A stretch of 63,471 nucleotides of DNA, filler included, from Licmophora abbreviata (lineage: Eukaryota), in assembly GCA_900291995.1 (NCBI GenBank). It is 16 parts of 16 records of this genome, joined end to end, with 100 filler letters (N's around TTAATTAATTAA, not from the genome) between each part and the next. Parts side by side here need not be neighbours in the genome. Positions count along the whole stretch, not along the records: positions 20,137 to 29,302 come from OLMU01003524.1; positions 29,403 to 31,112 come from OLMU01003525.1; positions 31,213 to 34,042 come from OLMU01003526.1; positions 34,143 to 42,404 come from OLMU01003527.1; 12 more parts are not named here. One strand, written 5' to 3'. Position 1 is the stretch's first letter, and every line of letters begins with the position of its first letter. Below the pieces are notes generated by a model. The model was not told the DNA's origin, did not search any database, and worked only from the letters and a program-made list of their open reading frames with translations. Of the stretch, positions 24,991 to 36,597 are shown piece after piece. Both the position numbers and the translations under genes were made by a program.

Positions 24991-26442
24991 CTACTGCAGT
25001 GCTGCTGCTGTCGCAAGATATTCATCCCGAAACTCCATTGCAAGCTGCACATGTCTCCCCATTAAACTCTCCATATGAAAGGGAACTCCATCCGACTGAG
25101 TCTTTTTCCACAAGCGCGTATGGGCCGTAAACGCCGATGTCATGAAACGGTCCAGCTCGGCTTTGGTTGCATTGTTGGAAATAGCTTCGAGAATACCTGG
25201 ACAGACATCCTTACATGTCTTCCAACATGGATCAACGAGGCCCATGGGCATGCGGAAGAAGCCGTCGTCGAGGTTGGAGGGGTGTGTTGTTTTGATGAGC
25301 ATATTCGGAAGGCCGTCGTTCAGGAGCCAGTGTTGCAATTTGGAAAGACTGGGGCCCTTGGCGTCGTCCAAGCTTATCCCGTGGGGTACTTCTGTAATAG
25401 CAACAAGCATGCGTCGCTCTGCGCGAGAGTATGGTCTTGGTGCGTACAGGAAGTGGCCGTTCGTGTAGCCACGGGGGTATGGAAAAGACGGGAACAAGTG
25501 GAGACCAAGTTTCACAATTGGTTCCAGACTTTGAAGAGGGACAGTATCGAAATCAAAGTAAAAGCCACCGTAATTGTGCAACAGCACGTGTCGATGTACG
25601 TCAGACTGCCACGCTGTAGGCATACCATCTACAACCTCAGGGTTGCCATACTCTCCTGAGAACTGCAGTGCGTTCTTTTTGATCTCATCCGAGTACTTGT
25701 AGCGACGAAAGCGTACACGGTCCATGGGCAAGTCGGCCACAGGCGCAACTCCGGCCTCGTTGAACACCATCTCAGGAGGCGGGTGACTTATCCAAATATT
25801 GTAGACCCAAGCGTCGTCGGGGTGGGACATGAGGAAGGCCCAGAACCGGTAAACGTACAAGTTCTGTGGATTATTCAAGAGATGCGGATCAATACTGTAA
25901 AGCCACTCGTGCACTGTCCGCTGAGAAAAATAGTTCTTAGCAGCATCACTCACTGCACTGATTTTGTTCCGCCAGTCTGCAACTTCCACAAACCGAGGCA
26001 ACGCATTGCAATCGTCAAACATGTCGGACTTCATTGCCGGTTCGTTGAGCTCCATCAGGAACTGAATCCACTTGCTCGATTTCGAAAGGCGGGCGACTTC
26101 ACGTACACTCTTTGCTCGGAAGCTCAGTTCTTGCTCGCTGTCGTCCTGTTCAGCCAGAAAGGTAGCCATTGGGCCCAGACGAGTGCTGAGGAGGGCGCTT
26201 TGGACACTACTGAGATCAGAGTAATTCATAGGCGGAAGTTCGTCCCAGTCGACAGAGTCTTCTTCTTCTTCGCTCTTTCCACGCAGTTGTTTCGTCGTAC
26301 CATTCTGAGAAAGTAAGAAGCGGATGGTATTTACACCCTGCGTATTGTTTATGTACAACATACGGACAGCAAGGATCACCAGAATTGCAAGCGAACGCGA
26401 AGGCCTCCACGAGGCTGCTGCTGATGACACGACGAAATTCAT
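24991..26442 (-). CDS. Glycosyltransferase family 32-like (DxD sugar-binding) type II membrane protein; intronless
   Basis: N-terminal TM SLAILVILAVRMLYI; WQSDVHRHVLLHNYGGFYFDFDTVPLQSL matches the SD.R...L...GG.Y.DxD signature. Confidence 0.85.
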   Translation of the reverse strand: MNFVVSSAAASWRPSRSLAILVILAVRMLYINNTQGVNTIRFLLSQNGTTKQLRGKSEEEEDSVDWDELPPMNYSDLSSVQSALLSTRLGPMATFLAEQDDSEQELSFRAKSVREVARLSKSSKWIQFLMELNEPAMKSDMFDDCNALPRFVEVADWRNKISAVSDAAKNYFSQRTVHEWLYSIDPHLLNNPQNLYVYRFWAFLMSHPDDAWVYNIWISHPPPEMVFNEAGVAPVADLPMDRVRFRRYKYSDEIKKNALQFSGEYGNPEVVDGMPTAWQSDVHRHVLLHNYGGFYFDFDTVPLQSLEPIVKLGLHLFPSFPYPRGYTNGHFLYAPRPYSRAERRMLVAITEVPHGISLDDAKGPSLSKLQHWLLNDGLPNMLIKTTHPSNLDDGFFRMPMGLVDPCWKTCKDVCPGILEAISNNATKAELDRFMTSAFTAHTRLWKKTQSDGVPFHMESLMGRHVQLAMEFRDEYLATAAALQ

Positions 26443-28283
26443 GATATGCTATCAGCAAGGATGGCGAAGGACACAGGCGTAGTAAATATTGCCGCGATCA
26501 CGACAGGTGTAGCGAGTGGCAGGTCGCTGCAGCTGGGAAGACTTTCTCAAAAGTACAGTGAATACTTGTGGCTGATGCTTTCAAGTTTCAACAGTTCGTG
26601 ATCATCATTGATCACGTGATCGCAATTTGAGTCTCGGCCATCGCAACACCGAATGGAATTGTATCTTAACACTATTCGCGTCTGAATATATCTAACAATA
26701 TACTTCTGTAACCTATATGGGACGGAGTCCGAACGCTTCGTTATGTGTATTCTAAATAATGGGTCACGAGTCCACACGTGCTTTGGAGCACGCCGCGCGC
26801 GGCGGCCGCCGCGTCATCGCAGAAACATACGAACTATTGCAACCATGATGAGCTATCGTATGCATATCGACTGTTAAAGTGACTATCATCAGGTGAACGT
26901 ACACATAAGTTCCAATGAAACAATACCCTATCGTCGTGACCTGGTTCATCTCCAACAGAGCTGCCTTCTTGAGAGAGTCCGGAAAAGGGAGCAGTTCTGA
27001 CACAACGCCACGAAAGAAGCAAACAACATCCTACCACGCAGAGGAGTATGCTACGTCAACGTAAGCACTCTGCCGTTCACTAGAAGCGTACTCGAGTACC
27101 CGGTCAAGGCAGACAAAAAGGACGAGTCAATTGCTCGAGTGTTACGGAAATTGATGGCAATCACTACTGTTGTGTTCAAAGAAGTCGTCCGTCTGGGAAC
27201 ACTCGAAGGACAATTAGTCTTACGAGATAGATGCTAGATTCCTGGTACTGGTAGTGTGGCAACAATAAAGCAGCCGCGGTAAGCTCTGTACCTACTAAGA
27301 CATGCATCGCGGAATGTCCTGGACTCAAACGTAAAACGACGCAACAATTGTGAGTATATGTAGACAGGAGATATGGCTGTCGCTCCTTGCCATCCTGGAA
27401 TAACAGTACAAATCGAATCGGAAAAGATGTAGATCGGGAATATCAACAAGGAATTCAGATGCCAGTAGTCATAAATAAGCTTCGATCGGGAATCGTCATG
27501 TTCGAGTGATGTGCTATATTTCTGAGAGTACATCCTAGCGTAGTGCAACATACCTATTGGAGCAGGATCGATCGATCAAATACCGTACGAATGCAGCCTG
27601 TTGAAAAGGATGCTGTTTAGCATCACCAACGCTACTCATGCCCCTGTCGCCGGTAGAAATTAGCATCACTCAAGCGATTCCGCGTCTGCGTGTGCGTCTT
27701 CGCACTGCTTCCATCGGTATTTGAGTCACACCAGAGCCTTCACCGGGGTAGTCAGAAAATGTATCCGGAAGGACAAGCCACAGCGGCAGCGTAGAGATTT
27801 AGAAGTCAAAGGACCAGCAGGATAAAAAGCGCTCGAGGCAGTAAGCATCCTGCTCCACGCGGACACAACACGTTCCGGCAAACTCGATGAACAGAAGTTT
27901 GACACAGCCACGGCAGTGTGTTATTTCCTATTGACTTCCAGCTCGTCGCAGAGGTATAGTGCTCCTCGCGAATCCATTCTGTCGTCCCGAAAGCGCTGCA
28001 TCAATGCACTCCGTCAGTTTTGGGAGCATCGCGTTCTTCTTTTTGTGGCTGTGAGAGCGCCATCATCACACTCTCAGACGTCTGGCGACCCATGCGAGTG
28101 ATATTTAATATACGCGCCGCGCGACATCATCGCGCACCTCGACACAAACACCATGACTTGAAACACACACACTTCGTTGAGGTCAACTTGGGGCGAGTGT
28201 CGAAGAGCCGTAGTCCGCTCATCACCCTTGCCTTCTCACTCATTTCCCATGGCTCAGACGGGACACTCGAGCGTACAAGAATC

Positions 28284-29302
28284 ATGGTTCGACGTACGCC
28301 CCTGAACGTGATAATCTTGGCGCTCTTGGTCGCCATGGCAGCCGTCACCACGCTCTGCTATCCGTCTCTGATTTCTGGAGGCATACAAATTGGTGGTCGG
28401 ACAGGTCTGATGACCGCTACATGGACCATGTCAAGCCACGACGAGAACAGAATCCCGAATCTTCTCTTAGCAGGAGCGCAAAAGGCGGGTACCACGTTTG
28501 TATCGTCCTGGCTAGATTCGAGCGAGGACGTCTGTGTCCACCGACCCATCCCAGGAGCCACGGACCCTGTAGATCGGTTGGTCTACGAAATGCATTTCTT
28601 CAACAAGCCCGATCGGTTGGAACAGGGAATTGACTTTTATCGCAGCGGCTTTGTACACTGCGGAAATAGCTCCTATATACTGGACGGCACACCAAACTAT
28701 CTGCAGCAGGCAGACACAATTTGGCAGTTTTACGACGAACAGGGCACGGCGGATGAGCTCAAAATAATTTTCATCTTGAGAGAACCAGTATCGAGGGAAG
28801 TATCATTTTACAACATGATGCTAAGGGACAAAGCGTCGACTCCGTGGGTGTTGGACTACCTGCAGAAGCCTGACGGGACGACTCGGACGTTTCAAGAATA
28901 CGTCGCTCACTGGTTCCCGCCAGCGTACGGTCAGAAACGACGCCCAGACTTTTATCGTCGCAAGGGTGTGTATGCGGTGAATCTCCGACCGTGGTTTGAA
29001 GCGTTTGATCGAAAAGAGCAGATACTTGTTTTATCCTTTGACGAACTCAAGTCGGACCCCGAAGCGTTCTTTGACCGCATCCACCGGTTTCTTGGACTGC
29101 GCGGCAATGTCACAGTCTTTGGAGATGAAGACGGAGATCGCAATTCGGGTCAAAAAACAGCTGAAACCCCAAAATGCTCCGCACAGAAGCGATTAGGTGA
29201 AATGTTTGAACCATTCAATGAAGAGCTGTACGCATTGCTGGACGAGAATCCAGGACCAGAGATGGAGCAGCGCCCTTTTCCGAGGTTCACCAAGCTTCGT
29301 TG
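28284..29302 (+). CDS. Golgi-type carbohydrate sulfotransferase (heparan-sulfate sulfotransferase-like); 3' end at the gap
   Basis: TM VIILALLVAMAAVTTLC; PNLLLAGAQKAGTT (5'PSB), EMHFFN, DGTPNYL, KIIFILREPVSREVSFY (3'PB), QILVLSFDEL, FLGL, FEPFNEELYALL. Confidence 0.9.
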
Positions 29303-29493
29303 NNNNNNNNNNNNNNNNNNNNNNNNNNNNNNNNNNNNNNNNNNNNTTAATTAATTAANNNNNNNNNNNNNNNNNNNNNNNNNNNNNNNNNNNNNNNNNN
29401 NNCGGAAAATTTACGAAAATTACAAAATTACGAATCTCATTGAGAAGGAAAGAGGCACACCCACAGTACAGGCAAAGAGGCAAATAAAGGCAC

Positions 29494-31418
29494 ATGATGA
29501 AGAGCGCCAAATCAGCGCGACAGTCGGGACAGAGGGCTCGTCCTGTAGGATGGCAATTTGCATTGCCGGCTGTAGTTGCGTTAGCTGTCTTATCGCTGGT
29601 TAGCAACGTGTCGTTTTACTCACGAAAAACTGCGGGGGGAGAGCAAGCCAAGACGCACAGTCATCAGCACCAAAAGGACGAGAGCTCCTTCTTTTCGGAG
29701 GGGATTCCCCTGATCGATCCACTTCTTGCTCATGAGCCTGCACGATACGATTTTGAACCTTTCTGGTCCGACTATGCCCGCCATGAAATCAAGAGGACGC
29801 CTTCCGAAAATGCAGGCTCGTTCGCGAAGTACTTGTCTGTGAACTTGCATACGATGCCGAACAGTACTTGGGACGCCGCATTCGGTACGAACACCACGGC
29901 TCCGATTGGCAAAGGAGACGCTGTGCTAATTAGTCTATGGGTGCGAGGGAAGGCACGGAATGCGGTGGTGTCGGATATACTAACTTTGCCCCACGGCGAC
30001 GACGGTGTGGGTGCGGTAGCAAGTAGTACTGGGCAGGAATATGCCCCATCGTCCCAAGAGCGACTTGTATCGCCTGGAAGCGGAGAGGAAACAGAGCACA
30101 TATCTCATTGAAACAAAAGCATCGTCGAGTACGTCCGTGGAGCAATTGGATTGGCAGCGATACTGGTTTCGATTTCGATCGCAGGATGACTACCCCGTAG
30201 GGATGGCACGCATCTTGATTCACGCCGCGTACGTCGAAGGAACCTTGGAAGTCGGTGGACTCCAAGCTTGGACGTTTGGTAATTCAAAAAAAACAGCTGG
30301 AGAATCTGCCGAGTACACCCATGACCTACGAGGGACGGGAAGCCACGGCTCCGTGGCGCGCTGCTGCGGCAGAACGAATTCGAAAGCATAGGCAGGCAGA
30401 CCTGACGATTCGAGTCGTTCAGGAGTCTGCGCCGAAGCGCGGTGGCATACCCGGCGTGCCAGTGGAGATTCGTATGGATCGACATCACTTCCGTGTGGGT
30501 TCCGCTGTGAGAGAGGAGTTGATTTTGGGAACAGGCGACAACAGTACACGCTATCGGGACCTTTTGAGACGCCACTTCAATACAGCAGTGATTGAAAATG
30601 GAATGAAATGGAAGTTTTGGGATCCTACTCTGTCCAAGAAGCGGAATGATACTATGAAGACGTTGCGTTGGCTGAGGTACACGGCTGGAATGCGCATTCG
30701 AGGACACACTTTTGTTTGGCCAAGCTTTTGGCGTCAAGAGAAGCGCCTCAAGGCTGACACAAGAACGAATGCCTCTGCACTTCGAGCAGCTATTGACGAA
30801 CATATTCGAGAGAAGGGCAAAGCTACCAGAAATCTAGTGGATGAATGGGACGTCATCAATGAGCTCTCGTACCAACATGATTTCACGGACATCCTTGGAA
30901 TGGACGAAACGGTGCGTTGGTTCCACAACGCCAAATTAGCCACGGGAGGAGTCGATACCTACTACAACGAGATGCAACAATTCAAGTATGGGGGTTTCTG
31001 TGCCGGTTACGCCCGTAAGGTATGGAGAGATCTGCGCTACATGGTAGAGCACGGCGCTCCAGTGGATGGTTTTGGTATCCAGGGTCATTTGGACACCGCG
31101 ACACCTCCACATNNNNNNNNNNNNNNNNNNNNNNNNNNNNNNNNNNNNNNNNNNNNTTAATTAATTAANNNNNNNNNNNNNNNNNNNNNNNNNNNNNNNN
31201 NNNNNNNNNNNNAATGGGAGCTGACGCGTCTCGGAAAGATCTGGGTGGACTTGTTCGACAAGGAGTGGACCACACATGAGACACATAACACCGACCGGGA
31301 AGGCGAGATACATTTGCGTGCGTTCCTAGGCGACTATACTATCCTGGCTGATGGGAAGGAGCTTTCGTTTTCGCACACTTCCATCGATGGTACGCAAGTC
31401 GTTCTCAAAATCCCATAG
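29494..31418 (+). CDS. Membrane-anchored glycoside hydrolase family 10 (endo-1,4-beta-xylanase-like) with N-terminal beta-sandwich/CBM-like region; spans the 31113-31212 gap; two frameshifts
   Basis: TM FALPAVVALAVLSLVSNV; FNTAVIENGMKW, IRGHTFVW, WDVINE (acid/base Glu), YYNE, DGFGIQGH. After the gap: WELTRLGKIWVDLFDKEWTT...TDREGEIHLRAFLGDY, TAG at 31416-31418. Frameshifts at about 30020-30110 and in the A8 run near 30286-30293. Confidence 0.88.
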
Positions 31419-32493
31419 TATAGTGGACCACTGTGGTGTTGCGCCTAAAAAGAAATGAGATAGAGAACAGCAAGACGGGTGTGGAAGTGTTAGTTACAAG
31501 TACGTCTCATACGACCAAACAGGTTTCGTCGCCCATTTTCAGAGTTCTTCTTCATCTTCTAGAGAGCACGCAAGAATCAGTAGTAGTTGTATATTTGTGT
31601 AATTCGGTGTGTCGACAAGAGTTATAGAATAACTTCATTCCGACAGCTCCAATAAAGTTTGTCATCTTGTTCGTTGCGAGCACCGTGAAGAGCGAGAGAG
31701 AAGACAGCATCCGTACCATCGGCCTCAGAGAGCACGTACCAGTTTATGCGCAGCGTATCGATACTGTGTGCCATCAGTGTGCCATAATTCAGACACATAA
31801 ATCTCGAGGGGAATTCCTGAACGAGACACAACAATGCAAACAAGGAGTCAATCGGCGCCAATGAGTGATTCGACCACGACGAGATCGTTGCCCGACACCA
31901 AAACAAAACCAGGAGGCGATACCATCATTGCGCACATGGAAACGATCGTCACGATGTAAATAAATCAGAAACCGTAGTAATAAGAGCTTCCGTTGTTTGA
32001 ATCATGTGGCACCTCTCTCTCGCGTGTTGCGTCGTCCCATGGTGTAAGATTTTGTCTTACCTATTGTCTTCTGCACATTTTCGTACTCTCTACTGATTGT
32101 CTAGGTATGAAGCTGTAATCTTTTAACAATACTTAGGCATCCCGACATTCGTGCAGAGGAAAACCAGCATACGAACGGCGCCCTCAGTTCGTCATGGTCG
32201 TTCTGTGATGTTGTTGGTGTGATTTTGTGGTATGCAACGCATGACACACCAATGTGCGCGCAAAGACACGCGCGAAATGCAACGAGCTCCGAGCTCGCAT
32301 AACGTTGTAGTATGTCATACGATACCGCGCGCGCGCGGTATGAATGTCGTCGACATTCCCAAATTCTCGTTCGAAACAAAATTCAAGAGAAAAGTGTGTG
32401 GCTGCACCATGACAATGTCTATATGCGGCGGTATTTTAGGTGAAATTACGACACGCGGACGACGCTGACACGCATCTTACTGTCAAATTAAGA

Positions 32494-34980
32494 ATGACGA
32501 TGCATTCTAGCAACGAACGAACATTACGACGACGAGGATCCACCATAAGAAGAAGATGTACTACTACGCTCGTGTTTTTTCTTCTAGCAGTAACATCATT
32601 ATTGGTACTTTCGAATGCATCAGCACCCAAGACTGCCAGTGCATTTCTCATCCAGCGCAGTAGCAGGACACGACTGCCACTGTCATCTTTGCCCAATTCG
32701 CGTTCCACCAATAGCAGAGCTTCAACGACAGACCAGCCAAGTAAAACTGCGAGCCCGCTTGCAAGTCAGAAGCAACACGACGACGACAGCAAGAAGTCGA
32801 TACGTGACCGCCGTTCTCCTGATTTTTCATTACGACGAAAATTTCTTTCATCCGTATCCCATACGACAGCACTGCTTCCTATAATAATGATGATGGTGAT
32901 CCTAGTGATACTTCCATTTCAGGCTACTGCTGCTCCAAGTTTGGAAGACGACGACACCCCAGAATGGTCTCGTCGCTATTGGAATGTAATGACTACTTCT
33001 TCTACAGCGAACAAGCAGCAACAACGCGAACAGCGTATCGCGACCAATGAAGCCTTGTTGGATCATGCCGTGGGGACGATAACTACCATGTACTATGATA
33101 ATTCGGGCGGTGCGTTCTTCAACTCCAAGGACTTTTACTCTCAATGGAGGCAATTGCGACAAGAAAGCAGGCGGAACAGCAGTGCTGGAACGACGACGAA
33201 AAGAACGACACCATCACGTCTCATGAATCGACTTGGCGGAGGCGACGACGGCGAGAAGCAAAATTCCATCCCCAAGAATATAAGACTGGACGAACGAGAG
33301 GGTGCTGTAGAGGGCCTAAAGTGGCTAGTGGGGAGTTTGCATGATCCCTTTTCTAAGTATCTTACTCGAGAAGAACTACGGCAAGAACTCAAAGGTGGTG
33401 GAAACAACAACGATGGTTTCATTGGAACCGGGGCCATGGTGGAACCGCCCAATGAACTTCCATGGAAGCAGACTACAAGTATGATGAGAATGCGCAACAG
33501 TCGTTTGTTGCCGTCGTCGAGAAGGCAGACCAACTTGATTAGCAACAGCAGGGCTGCCAAACTACCAGTCGTGACGGCAATCGCACCGAACTCTCCGGCG
33601 GAGCGTGTGGGCTTGATTGTAGGAGATCGTGTCGTGGCAGTGGGCAAGGACAAGTTTGTTGGTTTGACGCCGTCTGAAGTCAGTCGAGTGTTGAGAACGA
33701 GGTACTCGGCAGAAAACTATGGCGGGCATGTCGAATTGACCATTGCGAAACCTGTCGTTGTGGTGCCCATGGCGTCGTTGCCACTACAAACAGCAACAAC
33801 GATGGAAGGAAGTACTTCTATGACTGGTGACAGACGGCAACAGCCCGTCGCCAATACGAACAGTCCCTCATTTTCTACACGAGAGGCTGTCGCCGGGTAT
33901 CGTCTATCAAAATTGGTGTTGCCTACAATATCGATTGACCCCTATCGGGAGCAACCGCAACATCGAAATACCGAAACGGGAGCGCTATCGGGTGGTGACA
34001 CCTTTGTCCAGTTCAAGCTGCTGACCTCTTCCGATACGATGCNNNNNNNNNNNNNNNNNNNNNNNNNNNNNNNNNNNNNNNNNNNNTTAATTAATTAANN
34101 NNNNNNNNNNNNNNNNNNNNNNNNNNNNNNNNNNNNNNNNNNAGTACATTGTGGACACGCGTTACCCTGGCTACTTGTTGTCGAGCGAATCCAAGTCAGT
34201 TGCCTTGGACCAAGTGAAACGTGAGACACCGGCATTGTTTTCACAGAACGGCGATGGCTGGATGCCACCGAGTTCCTTTGCGAGTCTTCATGAGCAAGGA
34301 GTGAAACGGGGCATTCGTCGAGCGGGCGACAGTTCGGTCAACCAATGGAACGCCGGTCTTACTGCGGCGACTGGAAACTTCGCGGTTCACTCCACGGACC
34401 CACTGCGTTTACAAAAGAAGCTAGTTATACTCATCAACGAAGGAACAGCCTCTTCGGCTGAAGTCTTTGCGTCTTCCTTGCATGACAACGGTCGTACCGT
34501 GGCCCTGGTAGGCACCAAGACGTTCGGCAAGGGTCTCATTCAACACACGTTCCCCATGCCCGACGGCGGTGGTCTCCGATTGACAGTGGCCGAGTACCTC
34601 ACTCCAGCTCTTCGACATGTGACGAATGTGGGCAGTGCACGATATGATCGCGACACTGGAGAGTGGGTTGGAGGAGGTATTCGCCCTGATGTTTTATGTG
34701 AAAGTAAACAAGGCATTCCAAGCAATGTCGGCGCCGATTTGTGTGTAGGTATGGCACTGGATGCGCTTGAGGATGCCGAAGTACAAGAGGCTGAAGCCGA
34801 AGCTCTTGGCACGTCATTGTTGAAACGCGTTGGCGGAAGTGCCGATGGCACAGGAGTGCGAAGGCGTGTCTCAGCAGGCATCGCCAAGGTAAGTTAGCAT
34901 CACTCTGAACGTGTATCTGTGCGATGAACACTCTTCTTATGGTTTCGTGTCGCTTGCCTTGTTTGTAGGATGACTTTTGA
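32494..34980 (+). CDS. ctpA: Carboxyl-terminal processing protease (CtpA, peptidase S41A with PDZ domain), plastid-targeted; spans the 34043-34142 gap
   Basis: Signal peptide + TASAF; second hydrophobic lumen signal ending ATA; SLHDPFSKYL; PDZ VTAIAPNSPAERVGLIVGD; LINEGTASSAEVFA; GTKTFGKGLIQ; LTVAEYLTP. Terminal intron 34889-34968. Confidence 0.9.
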
Positions 34981-35390
34981 CTACATGAGCGGGACAACGA
35001 TACGGCACAAACAGCAATGACAGCCCCGAGCAATGCCATCGCAACCAGCCTGTACAGAGGACGACTAGATAGTAACGATATGCGCTCGTGCCGTCACATG
35101 CTAGATGCGGCACACACTATATGTAGACTCGTGTTGCACATACGAGCACCCCAGCGACACATATTGGCAATGACAAATCAGAGCTCTAAGTTTAGGATGA
35201 CTCTTTCACTCTGACAGCCTGACATTCTTGTCTACCCAACCAGACCTCATCAGTGCTCGACACGTCGGCATACGTACAGAGTCACCAGATCGTCATGTGA
35301 CGACATGTACCTTGAACCAACCGTTGTATATCACACACAGATAGACATGACGACTCCATCCATATTACCAAAAACCTCGCTCGTAGTACG

Positions 35391-35905
35391 CTACTCCTGA
35401 TACATGATGCGACCACGCTTGGTCGGAGAGATACGAACGTCAGGCTTGTTAGCAAGACAATGGAGTGCGAATCCAGCGCACAATCCACCCGCTCCTCCCA
35501 ACACAGCAATGAGGGGGTACGTGGACGGGTCGCTCAACCATGCCGTGCGGAACTTGGAGCCATTGCGGAGCGTCACGAGGGTCGCGCTCGAGGACGACTG
35601 GAGACGGCGCTGGTGGACAAGCGTCGTGCTATTGTCGGGTAGTCAAGAGAAGGAAGCAAGCACGCGATAAGAAAGAATGAGAAAACGATTGCCATTACTT
35701 CCCCCATATTTTACTCAGTAGAACATGTAAAAGTAGTGTCGCACTATTGCATGCCTAAGGTCTTGATTTCCGACGAATCTTGTCGAAAACATTGCGCTCT
35801 GAGCCGTTCTCTCAGCTTTTTGGCACCTCCTATACACCCCACACAGGACTATATACGCATTGAGCTAACGTACCGAGCAGCTTGCTTCAAGGCGTGATTC
35901 ATCAT
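35391..35905 (-). CDS. NDUFA4/MLRQ/B12D-family small mitochondrial inner-membrane protein
   Basis: Exon 1 MMNHALKQAAR, intron 35629-35873, exon 2 TTLVHQRRLQ...WLSDPSTYPLIAVLGGAGGLCAGFALHCLANKPDVRISPTKRG. Confidence 0.8.
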
Positions 35906-36597
35906 GGTTATAACGATGACTATAGCCTGCAGCAGAACAAAAATGTGCCAATCCAAAGCTGGCAAAGAACAACAAGTTCAAGACGGTTGTCAACCAAACC
36001 GCGAGCCCGATGTCTTGGTTTGGTACAAAGTTGTCGTTGATTTCTACGTGCCACGCGGTGGCATCAGGTGTTTACTCAAAGTGTTCGTTTGATATTCCAA
36101 AAAAATGTTTATTGGGTCTTCAACGCTCAATCGACGCCAGCAAGCTGCAACCATGGCTCCGTTACCCAAACACATCAATAGATCTATCAGTTCGTACGAA
36201 AGGACAGCAAGGCACATATAAGTTAAACGCTGACCATCCGTAGTATCGACTGACCGGAGTAAGCGCCCTAGCTAGCTCCGAGTCGATACCGTCCCGTTGA
36301 CAACCACACTACTCCGGTGTAGACTACAGTCGTCGGCATGTTAAATTACTTCTCTCAGACCGTAACAGAACGTCTCTCATTCTCTAGACTTTTTAAGAGA
36401 GAGATAGCCTACAGAAACATGCAGCGACTGGTTTACTCCGACAATGAGACCTGCGGTAAGACACGTTCACACGGGCAAGTCGACGTTGTAGGGTTTTTTG
36501 TACATTTTCTCTCTCAACACGACGGACATCATGACAAAACGACGCAATGGACGGCAGGTTTGTATAAGGATTCGCCAGGAAAAACATCGTTTCGTTA

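Noticed and set aside
27723..27794. HQSLHRGSQKMY, resembling a retrotransposon integrase HxG..KMY motif in a long intergenic region
   Set aside because: Too short, followed by a stop, with no RT/RNase H/integrase core or LTRs recognisable
31433..32400. Short ORFs in the GH10-ctpA intergenic region
   Set aside because: No recognisable motifs or consistent splice structure
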